Counted from the first letter of the stretch, positions 38,879 to 50,115 are shown. The stretch is DNA of 64,000 nucleotides from Hyphomicrobiales bacterium (GCA_021775875.1 JAJFHA010000002.1:230228-294227); one strand, 5' to 3'. Translations and numbers: made by a program. The notes: a model not told the origin generated them from the sequence alone.

Positions 38879-38903
38879 AAGGGCCCTTCGGAGGCCCTTT
38901 TTT
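38879..38903 (+). terminator. Rho-independent terminator / attenuator between the ilv leader peptide and ilvB
   Basis: AAGGGCC-cttcgga-GGCCCTT followed by a T run (ttttttatt). Upstream GCGCATC (38832-38838) can alternatively pair with GATGCGC (38872-38878), which abuts the terminator stem. Confidence 0.6.
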
Positions 38904-38992
38904 ATTGCCTGCTTTAGACCGGCGTTTTGTGCGCCAGATATCAGTAATGGGTGGATCGAAATTGATCCAACCCTGGAATTGGAGCCTTGGAG

Positions 38993-40765
38993 ATGAGCAC
39001 GGGTGAGCAGCTGAATGGCGGTCAAATTGTCATGCGGGCATTGGCCGACCAGAAAGTGGAGCATGTTTTTGGATATCCGGGCGGTGCGGTGCTTCCGATT
39101 TACGATGAAATCGTTCAGCAGGATATCGTCAAACACATTCTCGTGCGCCACGAACAGGGTGCCGGACATGCTGCCGAAGGTTATGCCCGTTCAACCGGAA
39201 AACCGGGCGTTGTGCTGGTAACGTCAGGTCCAGGCGCCACCAATATGGTGACTGCTTTGGCAGACGCCATGATGGATTCAATTCCGCTTGTATGCCTGAC
39301 TGGTCAGGTCCCGACCGCCTTGATCGGCAATGACGCGTTTCAGGAATGCGATACCATTGGTATTACCCGGCAATGCACCAAGCACAATTGGCTGGTGCGC
39401 GATGTCAACGATCTGGCGCGGATCATCCACGAAGCTTTTTATGTGGCGACCAGCGGACGCCCGGGTCCGGTTGTTGTTGATATCCCCAAGGATGTGCAGT
39501 TTGCGACCGGGACTTATGAAGGCCCGCGCAATATTCGGCACAATACCTATCGACCGAAAATGAAAGGTGATATTGCCAGCATTCGTCAGGCCGTTGATAT
39601 GCTTGCAGAAGCCAAGCGACCGGTTTTTTATACAGGTGGCGGGGTTATTAATTCAGGTCCTGAAGCAAGTCATTTGCTGCGCGAGCTGGTTAGCGTAACG
39701 GGCCATCCAATCACGTCGACCCTGATGGGGCTTGGGGCGTTTCCGGCGTCCGGCAAGGAATGGCTCGGCATGCTCGGGATGCATGGAACGTATGAAGCTA
39801 ACATGGCGATGTATGAATGCGATCTCATGGTTTGTATCGGCGCGCGCTTTGACGACCGGATCACCGGACGGGTTGATGCGTTTTCGCCCAATTCAAAGAA
39901 AATCCATATCGATATTGACCCGTCTTCGATCAACAAGAACATCATGGTTGATCTGCCGATTGTTGGTGATATTGCCCATGTGCTGGAAGATTTTTTGCGG
40001 ATCTGGCGTGACCGGTCGTGCATGCCCGATAAAAAAGCGTCGAAGGCATGGTGGTCGGAAATCGACGCATGGCGCGGGCGCGACTGTCTGAAATACAAGC
40101 CCAACGATGATATCATCATGCCGCAATATGCAATCCAGCGGCTCTATGAAAAATGCAAGGGCAAAGATACCTACATCACCACCGAAGTTGGCCAGCACCA
40201 GATGTGGGCGGCGCAGTTTTTTGGTTTTGAGGAGCCCAACCACTGGATGACGTCGGGCGGACTTGGAACCATGGGGTATGGCTTGCCGGCGGCAATTGGC
40301 GCACAGATGGCACACCGCGATGCTTTGGTAGTGGATATTGCAGGCGACGCTTCAATTTTGATGAATATGCAGGAACTTTCCACGGCAGTTCAGCATAAAT
40401 TGCCGGTCAAGGTTTTCATTCTCAACAATCAATATATGGGTATGGTTCGCCAATGGCAGCAATTGCTGCACGGCAACCGGCTCTCTGAAACCTATATGGA
40501 ATCTCTGCCGGATTTTGTGAAACTTGCAGAAGCCTATGGCGGACACGGTATCCGAGTGGAAAAACCGGGTGATCTTGATGAAGCGATCGAGGAAATGATT
40601 GCGGTGGACAAACCTGTTCTGTTTGATTGCCGGGTGGCCAATCTGGCCAATTGTTTCCCGATGATCCCGTCCGGTGAGCCCCACAACAAGATGATCCTTG
40701 GTGCTGACGTTAGCGACGAGGAAGTTGGTTCCGCAATTTCGGAAAAAGGCAAGGTACTTGTTTGA
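38993..40765 (+). CDS. ilvB: Acetolactate synthase (acetohydroxyacid synthase) large subunit
   Basis: ATG at 38993 behind GGAG (the listed ORF begins at an upstream TTG, 38987). ThDP motif GGLGTMGYGLPAAIGA...GDASILMNMQELST. Confidence 0.95.
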   Translation: MSTGEQLNGGQIVMRALADQKVEHVFGYPGGAVLPIYDEIVQQDIVKHILVRHEQGAGHAAEGYARSTGKPGVVLVTSGPGATNMVTALADAMMDSIPLVCLTGQVPTALIGNDAFQECDTIGITRQCTKHNWLVRDVNDLARIIHEAFYVATSGRPGPVVVDIPKDVQFATGTYEGPRNIRHNTYRPKMKGDIASIRQAVDMLAEAKRPVFYTGGGVINSGPEASHLLRELVSVTGHPITSTLMGLGAFPASGKEWLGMLGMHGTYEANMAMYECDLMVCIGARFDDRITGRVDAFSPNSKKIHIDIDPSSINKNIMVDLPIVGDIAHVLEDFLRIWRDRSCMPDKKASKAWWSEIDAWRGRDCLKYKPNDDIIMPQYAIQRLYEKCKGKDTYITTEVGQHQMWAAQFFGFEEPNHWMTSGGLGTMGYGLPAAIGAQMAHRDALVVDIAGDASILMNMQELSTAVQHKLPVKVFILNNQYMGMVRQWQQLLHGNRLSETYMESLPDFVKLAEAYGGHGIRVEKPGDLDEAIEEMIAVDKPVLFDCRVANLANCFPMIPSGEPHNKMILGADVSDEEVGSAISEKGKVLV

Positions 40766-40825
40766 TCGGGCCGGGCGCAGTATTGAGCAGATGCCGCAGT
40801 GCAAAACGAGTAGGGTTGGGCAGAG

Positions 40826-42426
<1,601 letters not shown>

Positions 42427-42427
42427 T

Positions 42428-43309
42428 ATGGCGCGGATCGCTTTTCTCGGCATTGGCAATATGGGGCGAGGCATGGCGCTTCGCCTCGCTGATGCCGGGC
42501 ATGAGGTGATCCTCTGGAACCGAAGCCGGAGCAAAGCTGAAGCGCTTGGTGACCGGTTCCAAATTGCAGATACACCAAAAGATGCTGCAGTTGGCGCTGA
42601 AGCCGTCTTTGCAATGGTGGCTGACGATGAAGCCGCTTCGAGCATCTGGTACGGCGAACAGGGCGCATTGGCAGGAAGTGTGGCGCCCGGATGCTTTGCC
42701 ATCGAATGTTCCACAATTTCCCACCAACATGCCAAGGAATTTTCAGACCGTGCGCGCGAAGCCGGGTTCAGGCCGATCGATTGCCCGGTTACGGGATTGC
42801 CAGACAATGCCGCTGCGGGGGAATTGACTTTGCTTGTTGGCGCGGATCCGGATGACCTTGCTGCCGCAAATCCATTTCTTGATCCGGTATCAAACGCGAT
42901 TGTGCATTTTGGCCCACCCGGTGCCGGGACAGTTTACAAGTTGATGATCAATCTGATGGGAGCTGTGCAAATTGCGGCGGCTGCTGAAGGCCTGCTTCTG
43001 GCTGAGAAAGCCGGGCTTGATATTGCCCGGGTGACAGATACGATTGCAACGGGCCAGGCAGCGAGCCCGCAAGTGGTGCGCAATACTCAGCGCATGGTCG
43101 CCAATGATCATGATCAGAATATTACTTTTTCAGGGGCATTACGGACCAAGGACGTGCTCTATGGCGTGACGCTGGCCACGTCACTGGGTATTGAGCCGGG
43201 GCTTGGGGAGGCGGCGTTAGCGGCTTACAAATTGCTCCAGAAGCAGGGCGTCGATGATCTGAACGAAAGTCATATTTTTGAAGCCATGAAGCTTGCGTTG
43301 AAAACATGA
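42428..43309 (+). CDS. NAD(P)-dependent beta-hydroxyacid dehydrogenase (3-hydroxyisobutyrate / 6-phosphogluconate dehydrogenase-like)
   Basis: 293 aa. Rossmann motif IAFLGIGNMGRGMALRL and the central GAGTVYKLMINL. Confidence 0.8.
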   Translation: MARIAFLGIGNMGRGMALRLADAGHEVILWNRSRSKAEALGDRFQIADTPKDAAVGAEAVFAMVADDEAASSIWYGEQGALAGSVAPGCFAIECSTISHQHAKEFSDRAREAGFRPIDCPVTGLPDNAAAGELTLLVGADPDDLAAANPFLDPVSNAIVHFGPPGAGTVYKLMINLMGAVQIAAAAEGLLLAEKAGLDIARVTDTIATGQAASPQVVRNTQRMVANDHDQNITFSGALRTKDVLYGVTLATSLGIEPGLGEAALAAYKLLQKQGVDDLNESHIFEAMKLALKT

Positions 43310-43319
43310 CAATTGGAAC

Positions 43320-44984
43320 TTAGGGATTGGCACGCAACACAATTTCGGTTTCCTGGCCGTTGATTATCTGAAATTCGAAAAGATCAAATTCTCCCAAATG
43401 ACTCCATCCTTTGGCGGTATATTGACCGGCGATCAACGGGAACCGTTCGCCGGATTGGCGATTGCGACTGCGCCGTCCACCGGCTGCCGTAATGCCGACC
43501 CGGGCATCGTCCATGGCCGTCCCGTCTGAATTTTCATACCGGACAATGGCCCAGCCAACGGGCATAATATATTCGAAAATTTGCTCCGGTTCATTGGTGA
43601 TCGTGATTTCAGCAACCGCAAACGGGTTGAGGGCGTCCGGCACGCGCATGGCGTAAGTGCCGGGCAACACTTCTTGACCATTGTTGGCATGAACCACGTA
43701 TTTGCGCTCGTTACCCTGCCACAATTCGGTATGTCGTCTTACGCGCTCATCCGACCCTTGGGGGAAGACGCGGAAATAGACATGGACTGTTTTCTGGACG
43801 GTATAGATCAGATCGTGATGTTGCCCGGTTTCGATTGTCAGGTTTTCGGAGAGGGTGTTTTCGTCGCCCAATACGATCCGGAATTCGTAATTGCCTTCGT
43901 CGATAAAGACCAGATCTTTGGACCGGAAACTGAGCACCTGCGCTCCGTTCTGGAAACCGCGCACGATGCCGGTGCGGGGACCGGAAAATTCACCTTCGAC
44001 CCGAACCTTGACGGAAGGTGGGCGGACGACTGTAACATCGATCATGGTATCGCCGGTACTGCCCACCTCGATATCCATTGAAACCGGGTGGTAGATATTT
44101 CCGTTTTCGGTCTCGACCCCGATCTGCAAGGTATAGTCACCGGAAAGCATCTGGAAGCGCCCGTTGCTGGATACAGGGATTGCTTCACCACCACCTAAGG
44201 GAATAACAGTCCCCTTGGCGCGCATGGTTGCGCCGTTTTCGTCAAATGCGCTGATCAGCAAAGCAACCGAAATAGGTTCGTTAGTCGGCTCCGGGTCCGG
44301 TGTCGGGGGAACCATTTTGGGTTCTGGTGCTGGCGGCATCGGGGGCGCTTCAGCGGTTTCCTGAATGTCCTGCAGGGAGGCGCCAAGATCGCTTGCTGAA
44401 TTGGCATCGTGATATTTGGTTCCTGCGGCGTCCGCGATACATTGCATAGCCGTGCGGGCCTGATCTTCAAGGCCAAGGCCAACAACATGGATACGGATTT
44501 CTACATCGCGATTCCGCCATTCACGAACTAGCGAGCAAGGGTCAGCGTTGCAGGTCTCGATCCCGTCGGAGATCAGAATAATTTCACCGGACCGGTCGCC
44601 AAAATCCTTCAACGCTTCGGTCAGCGACAGCGTGATTGGGGTTTTGCCCCGGGGTGTAACGTTTGAGACAATATCTGTTAGCGGGCCAGTTACCGTTGCT
44701 TGCGGCCCAAACGGCACAGCCAGTTCGGTATCAGTGCAGCTTGATCTGGAGCGGTGCCCGTACAGCCGCAGAGCGATATCGTGGTTTGGAAATTCGCCGG
44801 AAATGAAATTGGCGAGCACCTCGCGGGCAACTTCATATTTCCGGCTCTGGTCAGGCAATTCGCCCCACATGGAATTCGAGACATCATAGATGATGTAGAT
44901 GCCGGGTCTGGCTTCTTGGGCGAGCGCCACAGACGCGCCGAAAATGATCAGAATAAAGGCATAAGCAAATTGCAGGAGTTTCAT
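43320..44984 (-). CDS. Secreted von Willebrand factor A (VWA) domain protein with long beta-rich C-terminal region
   Basis: Start placed at Met23 (MKLLQFAYAFILIIFGASVALAQE signal peptide). MIDAS motif IYDVSNSM and later ILISDGIETC. Confidence 0.75.
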   Translation of the reverse strand: MKLLQFAYAFILIIFGASVALAQEARPGIYIIYDVSNSMWGELPDQSRKYEVAREVLANFISGEFPNHDIALRLYGHRSRSSCTDTELAVPFGPQATVTGPLTDIVSNVTPRGKTPITLSLTEALKDFGDRSGEIILISDGIETCNADPCSLVREWRNRDVEIRIHVVGLGLEDQARTAMQCIADAAGTKYHDANSASDLGASLQDIQETAEAPPMPPAPEPKMVPPTPDPEPTNEPISVALLISAFDENGATMRAKGTVIPLGGGEAIPVSSNGRFQMLSGDYTLQIGVETENGNIYHPVSMDIEVGSTGDTMIDVTVVRPPSVKVRVEGEFSGPRTGIVRGFQNGAQVLSFRSKDLVFIDEGNYEFRIVLGDENTLSENLTIETGQHHDLIYTVQKTVHVYFRVFPQGSDERVRRHTELWQGNERKYVVHANNGQEVLPGTYAMRVPDALNPFAVAEITITNEPEQIFEYIMPVGWAIVRYENSDGTAMDDARVGITAAGGRRSRNRQSGERFPLIAGQYTAKGWSHLGEFDLFEFQIINGQETEIVLRANP

Positions 44985-45199
44985 CGAAGATACCGCCATC
45001 TCGTGTCGAAACATGACTGTTCTTATGGCAGATTTTAATTTCGAGAACAATTATAGCGATACAGGTTGCCTGCCGCCAACAGACCAGGAACTTGCTGTTA
45101 CGCAATCAACCGGGCCTATGATCCGGTATTTTCACGTTATTGGGCATTTTATTACTGGTATTTCTGTGAAATCTTACGGCCAATGGGGTATATTTTGTC

Positions 45200-47359
45200 A
45201 TGCAGATTTTTTCAGGCAAAGACCGCCCTGTCCATTTGGGCCCTTATCCGGTCGAGCGATTGCGTCGCGCGGCCTTGTCTCCTGCGGCACAAACCGCGCT
45301 GACAGGTGAAGGGCGTAGCCCGGCTCCTGGCAGGTTGTCGGGGCATATTTTCGATTATTATGAATTGTTCGCGCCGCTTCGCGATGGCGATGTCGCTCCA
45401 GCCAAAGCACCGCTTCCTGACGATGCACAGGCAGTAGCGAACGAAATCAAAGCAAGCGGGATTTTTCTTGGAGCAACAGCAATTGGCATTTGTGCGATTG
45501 CCGGCGCCAACGGATCCAAACAGCCGCAAAAGGCAATTGTGTTAGCTGTCGAAATTCCCCGTTCGATTGAAGTTGATAACCCAGCCTACGCCTGGACCAA
45601 AAATAGCGGTCGCGATATTGCTGCACTCCGGGCAGGAGAGGTGGCGATTTCACTTGGTGGTTATATTCGCAGGCTTGGCTATGAAGCGCGAACCCACTCG
45701 GAATATGACACGGAAGTTGATCTGGAAACGCTGGCGGTACATGCAGGCGTTTGTGTTCGAAAGGGCGATAGACTTAAGTTGCCATACGCGAAGAGAGACT
45801 TTGCACTAGCGGTGATAGTCACGACGTACCCGGTGTCTGTGGATGCGCCGATCATTCAGCGCAACGGATTGGCGCGGATGTTTGCCGAACGCCTCCCCTG
45901 GTGGTTGGGAATGTCAGGCGTTCAATCCAGCCCGACCCGGGCTAAATTGGCGCGGCGGCGAACCGATTTAAGTGCTTATGCCATGGAGACAATCAAGCGG
46001 GTTGAAAAACCAACCACGCTGATTTTCGAAGATGAAATTCCAGGAGTGCCTAAACGCGCCGCCTTCTTTGAACGCGCCCTGCAGGGTGATCTTGGTGCGA
46101 AATCACAGCGGGAACGGTCGCGGTTTGCGTTCAAGCACCCGCTCTCCGCCAGCATGGTGAGCCAGATCCGTACCATGGTGCCGCACCAGCGTGGCGCTGT
46201 GGCCAAAACTAAAAGTGCGGATACGAATGACGCGGCTGCAAATTCACGGGCGCTCAAATCGCTATTTTATTTTCTCGGTGCTGATCTGGTCGGCATCTGT
46301 GTCGCCAAACCCTATACCTGGTTTTCCCACAAGGAAGACGGCACGCCGATTAAACCGTATCATAAATACGCCATCGTGCTGCTGATCGATCAGGGTTACG
46401 AGACCATGGAAGGAGCGTCCGGCGACGATTGGGTCAGCGGGCAGCAAAGTATGCGTGGCTATATGCGCGGCGCTGAAATAGCCGGCATCGCGGCCGCTCA
46501 TATCCGCGATCTTGGCCATGATGCGGCGTCGCATTCAAATGCCCTGTCAGATGTATTGCAATTGCCGTTGGTGCTCGAAGCCGGGCTTGGCGAACTAAGC
46601 CGGATCGGCGAATTGGTGCTCAATCCGTTTGTAGGGCCGCGCTTCAAATCTGCGGTTGTGACGACGGACATGCCGCTTGAGGTTGATATGCCGATTGATT
46701 TCGGCCTCCAGGATATGTGCACCAAATGCAATAAGTGCGCCCGGGAATGTCCGTGCGATGCAATTTCCTGGGGCGACAAGGTTATCTTCAACGGTTACGA
46801 GATTTGGAAGCCGGATGTTGAACGATGCACACGCTACCGTTTGACCAATCCTCGCGGTTCCTCTTGCGGGCGCTGTATGAAAATGTGTCCTTACAATAAT
46901 GAAGGCCTGCTGCATCAGAAATGGGCGCTCTGGGCCTCAATCAAATGGCCCTGGACCCGGCAATCAATTGTCAAATGGGACGACCGGCTTGGCCACGGGA
47001 CGATAAACCCGGTCAAGAAATGGTGGTTTGATCTGGAAATTACTGACGAAGGCGTTGTTACCCCGAAGGGCGCCAATGCGCGCGGGTTGGATGTTGATCG
47101 GGTGCTGGAACCGGAAAAGCAAAAAATGGCTTATTATCCCGCCAGCATGATGCCGCCGCCAGACCATGGAGACCCGGTGCCGCTTGATCGCAAAGCGGCG
47201 CTGGCAGTGAAAGAATTTATCGAAACGCGGTCGGAGGCGCTTGTGCGCCGTGCGGCAGGATTGAAGAAACCTGATATTTTTATTCCGACGCCGCCCGTTG
47301 GGACTGAAAACGATACCGGCAAACCTGCGCCGAACCCTTATCTGCCGTTGGATTCATGA
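45200..47359 (+). CDS. Cytoplasmic reductive-dehalogenase-like protein (catabolic RdhA / NpRdhA-type, 2x[4Fe-4S])
   Basis: 719 aa with no Tat or signal peptide. C-terminal CTKCNKCARECPCDAI plus C-x12-CGRCMKMCPYN is the RdhA/QueG-type double-cluster pattern. The length fits the long self-standing catabolic RdhA class, not QueG. The cobalamin-binding core could not be verified by eye. Confidence 0.55.
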   Translation: MQIFSGKDRPVHLGPYPVERLRRAALSPAAQTALTGEGRSPAPGRLSGHIFDYYELFAPLRDGDVAPAKAPLPDDAQAVANEIKASGIFLGATAIGICAIAGANGSKQPQKAIVLAVEIPRSIEVDNPAYAWTKNSGRDIAALRAGEVAISLGGYIRRLGYEARTHSEYDTEVDLETLAVHAGVCVRKGDRLKLPYAKRDFALAVIVTTYPVSVDAPIIQRNGLARMFAERLPWWLGMSGVQSSPTRAKLARRRTDLSAYAMETIKRVEKPTTLIFEDEIPGVPKRAAFFERALQGDLGAKSQRERSRFAFKHPLSASMVSQIRTMVPHQRGAVAKTKSADTNDAAANSRALKSLFYFLGADLVGICVAKPYTWFSHKEDGTPIKPYHKYAIVLLIDQGYETMEGASGDDWVSGQQSMRGYMRGAEIAGIAAAHIRDLGHDAASHSNALSDVLQLPLVLEAGLGELSRIGELVLNPFVGPRFKSAVVTTDMPLEVDMPIDFGLQDMCTKCNKCARECPCDAISWGDKVIFNGYEIWKPDVERCTRYRLTNPRGSSCGRCMKMCPYNNEGLLHQKWALWASIKWPWTRQSIVKWDDRLGHGTINPVKKWWFDLEITDEGVVTPKGANARGLDVDRVLEPEKQKMAYYPASMMPPPDHGDPVPLDRKAALAVKEFIETRSEALVRRAAGLKKPDIFIPTPPVGTENDTGKPAPNPYLPLDS

Positions 47360-47364
47360 ACCGG

Positions 47365-47946
47365 TCAGGCGGATGTTTCAGCCGCGATATGGGCCTGAAC
47401 CTCTTCGATGGTCTTGAAGACATGCCAACCGGATTTTGTTTCCAGTTCAATCTCACCGCTTTCATAAATGCGGAATGAATAACCGCGAATTTCGCCTTCC
47501 TGAACGATCTTGCCCAGAGAGGAGAGGGCGGTGTCGTCCTGGGGTTCGGCAATATCTTCGGCGATTTCGGGCTCTTCCGCAATTTCGGGCTCAACCGGTT
47601 CATCCGCTTCGGGCGCAGGTGTTTCTGGTATCGGTTCAACAATTGGTTCCGGAATCATTTCCTGTTTTTCAAGGTCTGGCTGTTCCATCACAGGTTCATC
47701 CGGTTCAGGCGTTTTAATCGATTTCAATCCGGCGGTTTCGGGCCGGATGGACGCGCCGCCCTGAAGGTTTTGCAAAAGCTGGATGCAGCGTCCAATGCCC
47801 ATCATGATGAAGCCGATGGTGATATTGGAGACCCCGCCATAGGTGACAATCAGGGGTAACACGCCGTTTTCGCTGAAATTCAGCGCAAAGTCGCTTACAC
47901 CCCAGGCGATTAAAATCGCGCCCAATCCGTACAATAAATAATGCAT
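47365..47946 (-). CDS. Hypothetical membrane protein with acidic Pro/Glu repeat linker
   Basis: Start placed at Met36 (MHYLLYGLGAILIAWGV). Two or three TM helices, then an acidic tract EPIVEPIPETPAPEADEPVEPEIAEEPEIAEDIAEP and a small C-terminal domain. No family recognised. Confidence 0.5.
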   Translation of the reverse strand: MHYLLYGLGAILIAWGVSDFALNFSENGVLPLIVTYGGVSNITIGFIMMGIGRCIQLLQNLQGGASIRPETAGLKSIKTPEPDEPVMEQPDLEKQEMIPEPIVEPIPETPAPEADEPVEPEIAEEPEIAEDIAEPQDDTALSSLGKIVQEGEIRGYSFRIYESGEIELETKSGWHVFKTIEEVQAHIAAETSA

Positions 47947-48111
47947 TCCACTTTCCTCGATTTGCCACCGCGCTATCGATTGGCCCAGTGGACCTTGCCT
48001 ATGGTTAATACATCGTTTACGAAGTCCATACAGACTTGTTGCAACAGACATTCTGAATCGGATAGTGCGGCCCTTATGTATAGCCAGAACAGAAACAGCA
48101 AAGCAGCGGCG

Positions 48112-48222
48112 ATGCGCATTGATGCGCAGCAGCGGGCTATTGCGATTTCGGGTTTTGGTCTCGTCGCCCTTCTAATTTCCCTTCTTTCAGCCAGTGCGCT
48201 TCTAGGCCTTATCAGCCCCTGA
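48112..48222 (+). CDS. Candidate Leu-rich leader peptide upstream of leuA (speculative)
   Basis: MRIDAQQRAIAISGFGLVALLISLLSASALLGLISP*, with 9 Leu among the last 20 residues, mostly CTT/CTA codons. Followed by ccggttttttt and the 9-bp inverted repeat CCCCTGAAC (48216-48224) / GTTCAGGGG (48252-48260). No clean terminator hairpin found. Confidence 0.3.
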   Translation: MRIDAQQRAIAISGFGLVALLISLLSASALLGLISP

Positions 48223-48322
48223 ACGCCCGCCGGTTTTTTTCAATGCCAGGTGTTCAGGGGATGGAGTTCAACCCCGAAGAATTCATCGCGATTGAAATCG
48301 CGAAAGCCAAGGAACAAGTCAC

Positions 48323-49915
48323 ATGAGCGACAATCAAAATAACGATCCTGCAGGAAAAACCGAACCCCGCGACCCGAAAGACAGGGTCGTAATTTTCGAC
48401 ACCACATTGCGCGATGGCGAACAATCACCGGGCGCATCCATGACGCTGTCTGAAAAACTCCAGGTCGCCGAGATGCTTGACGAGATGGGTGTCGATATTA
48501 TCGAAGCCGGATTTCCGATTGCGTCCAACGGTGATTTTGAAGCGGTCAACGAAATTGTCAAGGTCATGAAAAATGCGGTTGTGTGCGGGCTGGCCCGCGC
48601 CAGCCTGAAAGATATTGATCGGGCAGGGGAAGCTTTGGAGCCCGCAAAACGATCACGCATCCACACCTTCCTGTCTACCAGCCCGGTACATATGAAATAC
48701 AAGCTCCAGATGGAACCGGAAGACGTCTATGACGCGGTTTGCTCGTCCATCGTGCATGCGCGGAAATATACGGATAACGTGCAATGGAGCCCGGAAGATG
48801 GCACCCGCACAGAGCATGATTTCCTCTGCCGGTGTGTTGAAGGGGCGATCAAGGCAGGCGCCGGCACCATCAATATCCCGGATACGGTCGGGTATACTGT
48901 GCCGGATGAATATTTCGATCTGATCACCATGTTGAAAACCAGGGTGCCGGGCGCAGATGACGTGATTTTCTCGGTCCATTGCCACAATGATCTGGGGATG
49001 GCGGTTGCCAATTCACTGGCAGGCGTTCGTGCCGGAGCACGCCAGATCGAATGCACCATCAACGGGCTTGGCGAGCGCGCCGGGAATGCGGCTTTGGAAG
49101 AGGCCGTGATGGCGATCAAAACCCGCCAGGACGTATTGCCTTATTGGAACAATATAGACGCGACCATGTTGGCGCGGGTATCCAAACTGGTCTCCAACGT
49201 TACTTCTTTTCCGGTGCAATATAACAAAGCGATTGTCGGTAAGAACGCCTTCGCGCACGAATCCGGTATCCATCAGGATGGTATGCTGAAACATACCGAG
49301 ACCTACGAAATCATGACGCCGGAAAGTGTTGGCATCAAGGAAACCTCGCTGGTCATGGGCAAGCATTCGGGTCGTCATGCCTTCAAGGACAAGCTGCAAT
49401 CGCTGGGTTACGATCTGGGCGATAATGCGGTTCAGGATGCGTTTCGCCGGTTCAAGGAATTGGCCGACCAGAAGAAGCATGTTTTTGATGAAGATATTGA
49501 GGCGCTGGTCGACGACGAGATGGCCCATGCGGATGAGCATATCAAGGTCATCGCGTTGACCATCATCGCTGGAACCGGTGGCCCACAAAAGGCCACCATG
49601 ACGCTGGATATTGATGGCCAGCATGTCACCAAGGAAGCCCATGGCAATGGCCCGGTCGATGCGATCTTCAACGCCATCACGGAAATGGTGCCGCACGAAG
49701 CGCGGCTGGATCTCTATCAGGTTCACGCCGTGACATCAGGCACCGACGCACAGGCAGAAGTCTCGGTCCGGATGAGTGAAGACGGCAAAACGGTCACAGC
49801 ACGCGGTGCAGACGTGGATACTATGGTGGCTTCAGCTAAAGCTTATGTTTCGGCGCTGAACAAACTTCTGGTGCGGCGCGAAAAGAGCAAACCGGCAGTG
49901 CTGGCTGCCGGATAG
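48323..49915 (+). CDS. leuA: 2-isopropylmalate synthase LeuA
   Basis: 530 aa. IFDTTLRDGEQSPG and HCHNDLGMAVANSLAG, plus a C-terminal LeuA dimerisation/regulatory domain. Confidence 0.95.
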   Translation: MSDNQNNDPAGKTEPRDPKDRVVIFDTTLRDGEQSPGASMTLSEKLQVAEMLDEMGVDIIEAGFPIASNGDFEAVNEIVKVMKNAVVCGLARASLKDIDRAGEALEPAKRSRIHTFLSTSPVHMKYKLQMEPEDVYDAVCSSIVHARKYTDNVQWSPEDGTRTEHDFLCRCVEGAIKAGAGTINIPDTVGYTVPDEYFDLITMLKTRVPGADDVIFSVHCHNDLGMAVANSLAGVRAGARQIECTINGLGERAGNAALEEAVMAIKTRQDVLPYWNNIDATMLARVSKLVSNVTSFPVQYNKAIVGKNAFAHESGIHQDGMLKHTETYEIMTPESVGIKETSLVMGKHSGRHAFKDKLQSLGYDLGDNAVQDAFRRFKELADQKKHVFDEDIEALVDDEMAHADEHIKVIALTIIAGTGGPQKATMTLDIDGQHVTKEAHGNGPVDAIFNAITEMVPHEARLDLYQVHAVTSGTDAQAEVSVRMSEDGKTVTARGADVDTMVASAKAYVSALNKLLVRREKSKPAVLAAG

Positions 49916-49931
49916 TCGCTCCGGCTTTGCA

Positions 49932-49974
49932 CTAAGATAAAAGGCCCCGGGTTTGCCGGGGCCTTTTATCTTAG
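49932..49974. terminator. Bidirectional rho-independent terminator after leuA
   Basis: Perfect inverted repeat CTAAGATAAAAGGCCCCGG-gtttg-CCGGGGCCTTTTATCTTAG. The GC core is flanked by an A run and a T run, so it can terminate on either strand. Confidence 0.7.
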
Positions 49975-50039
49975 GTTTCCCCGCTGGACTTGGACAAGGC
50001 GGTTTGCTACAGGACATGAATTCGCCAGCGGCGGATTTT

Positions 50040-50115
50040 AGGCGCGTAGCTCAGTTGGTAGAGCAGCTGACTCTTAATCAGCATGTCCGGGGTTCGAACC
50101 CCCGCGCGCCTACCA
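50040..50115 (+). tRNA. tRNA-Lys (anticodon CUU), CCA encoded
   Basis: Cloverleaf read by hand: AGGCGCG-TA-GCTC-AGTTGGTA-GAGC-A-GCTGA-CTCTTAA-TCAGC-ATGTC-CGGGG-TTCGAAC-CCCCG-CGCGCCT-A-CCA. Confidence 0.95.

Noticed and set aside
47510-47764. Repeat-looking plus-strand ORF (GSSAISGS...) and the 15-18-bp repeats gc(g/a)atttcgggctc
   Set aside because: It is the antisense image of the acidic EPEIAE repeat linker of the minus-strand membrane protein. The repeats are explained by that coding low-complexity tract.
49013-49726. 237-aa minus-strand ORF inside leuA
   Set aside because: Antisense to LeuA. No start context or motif.
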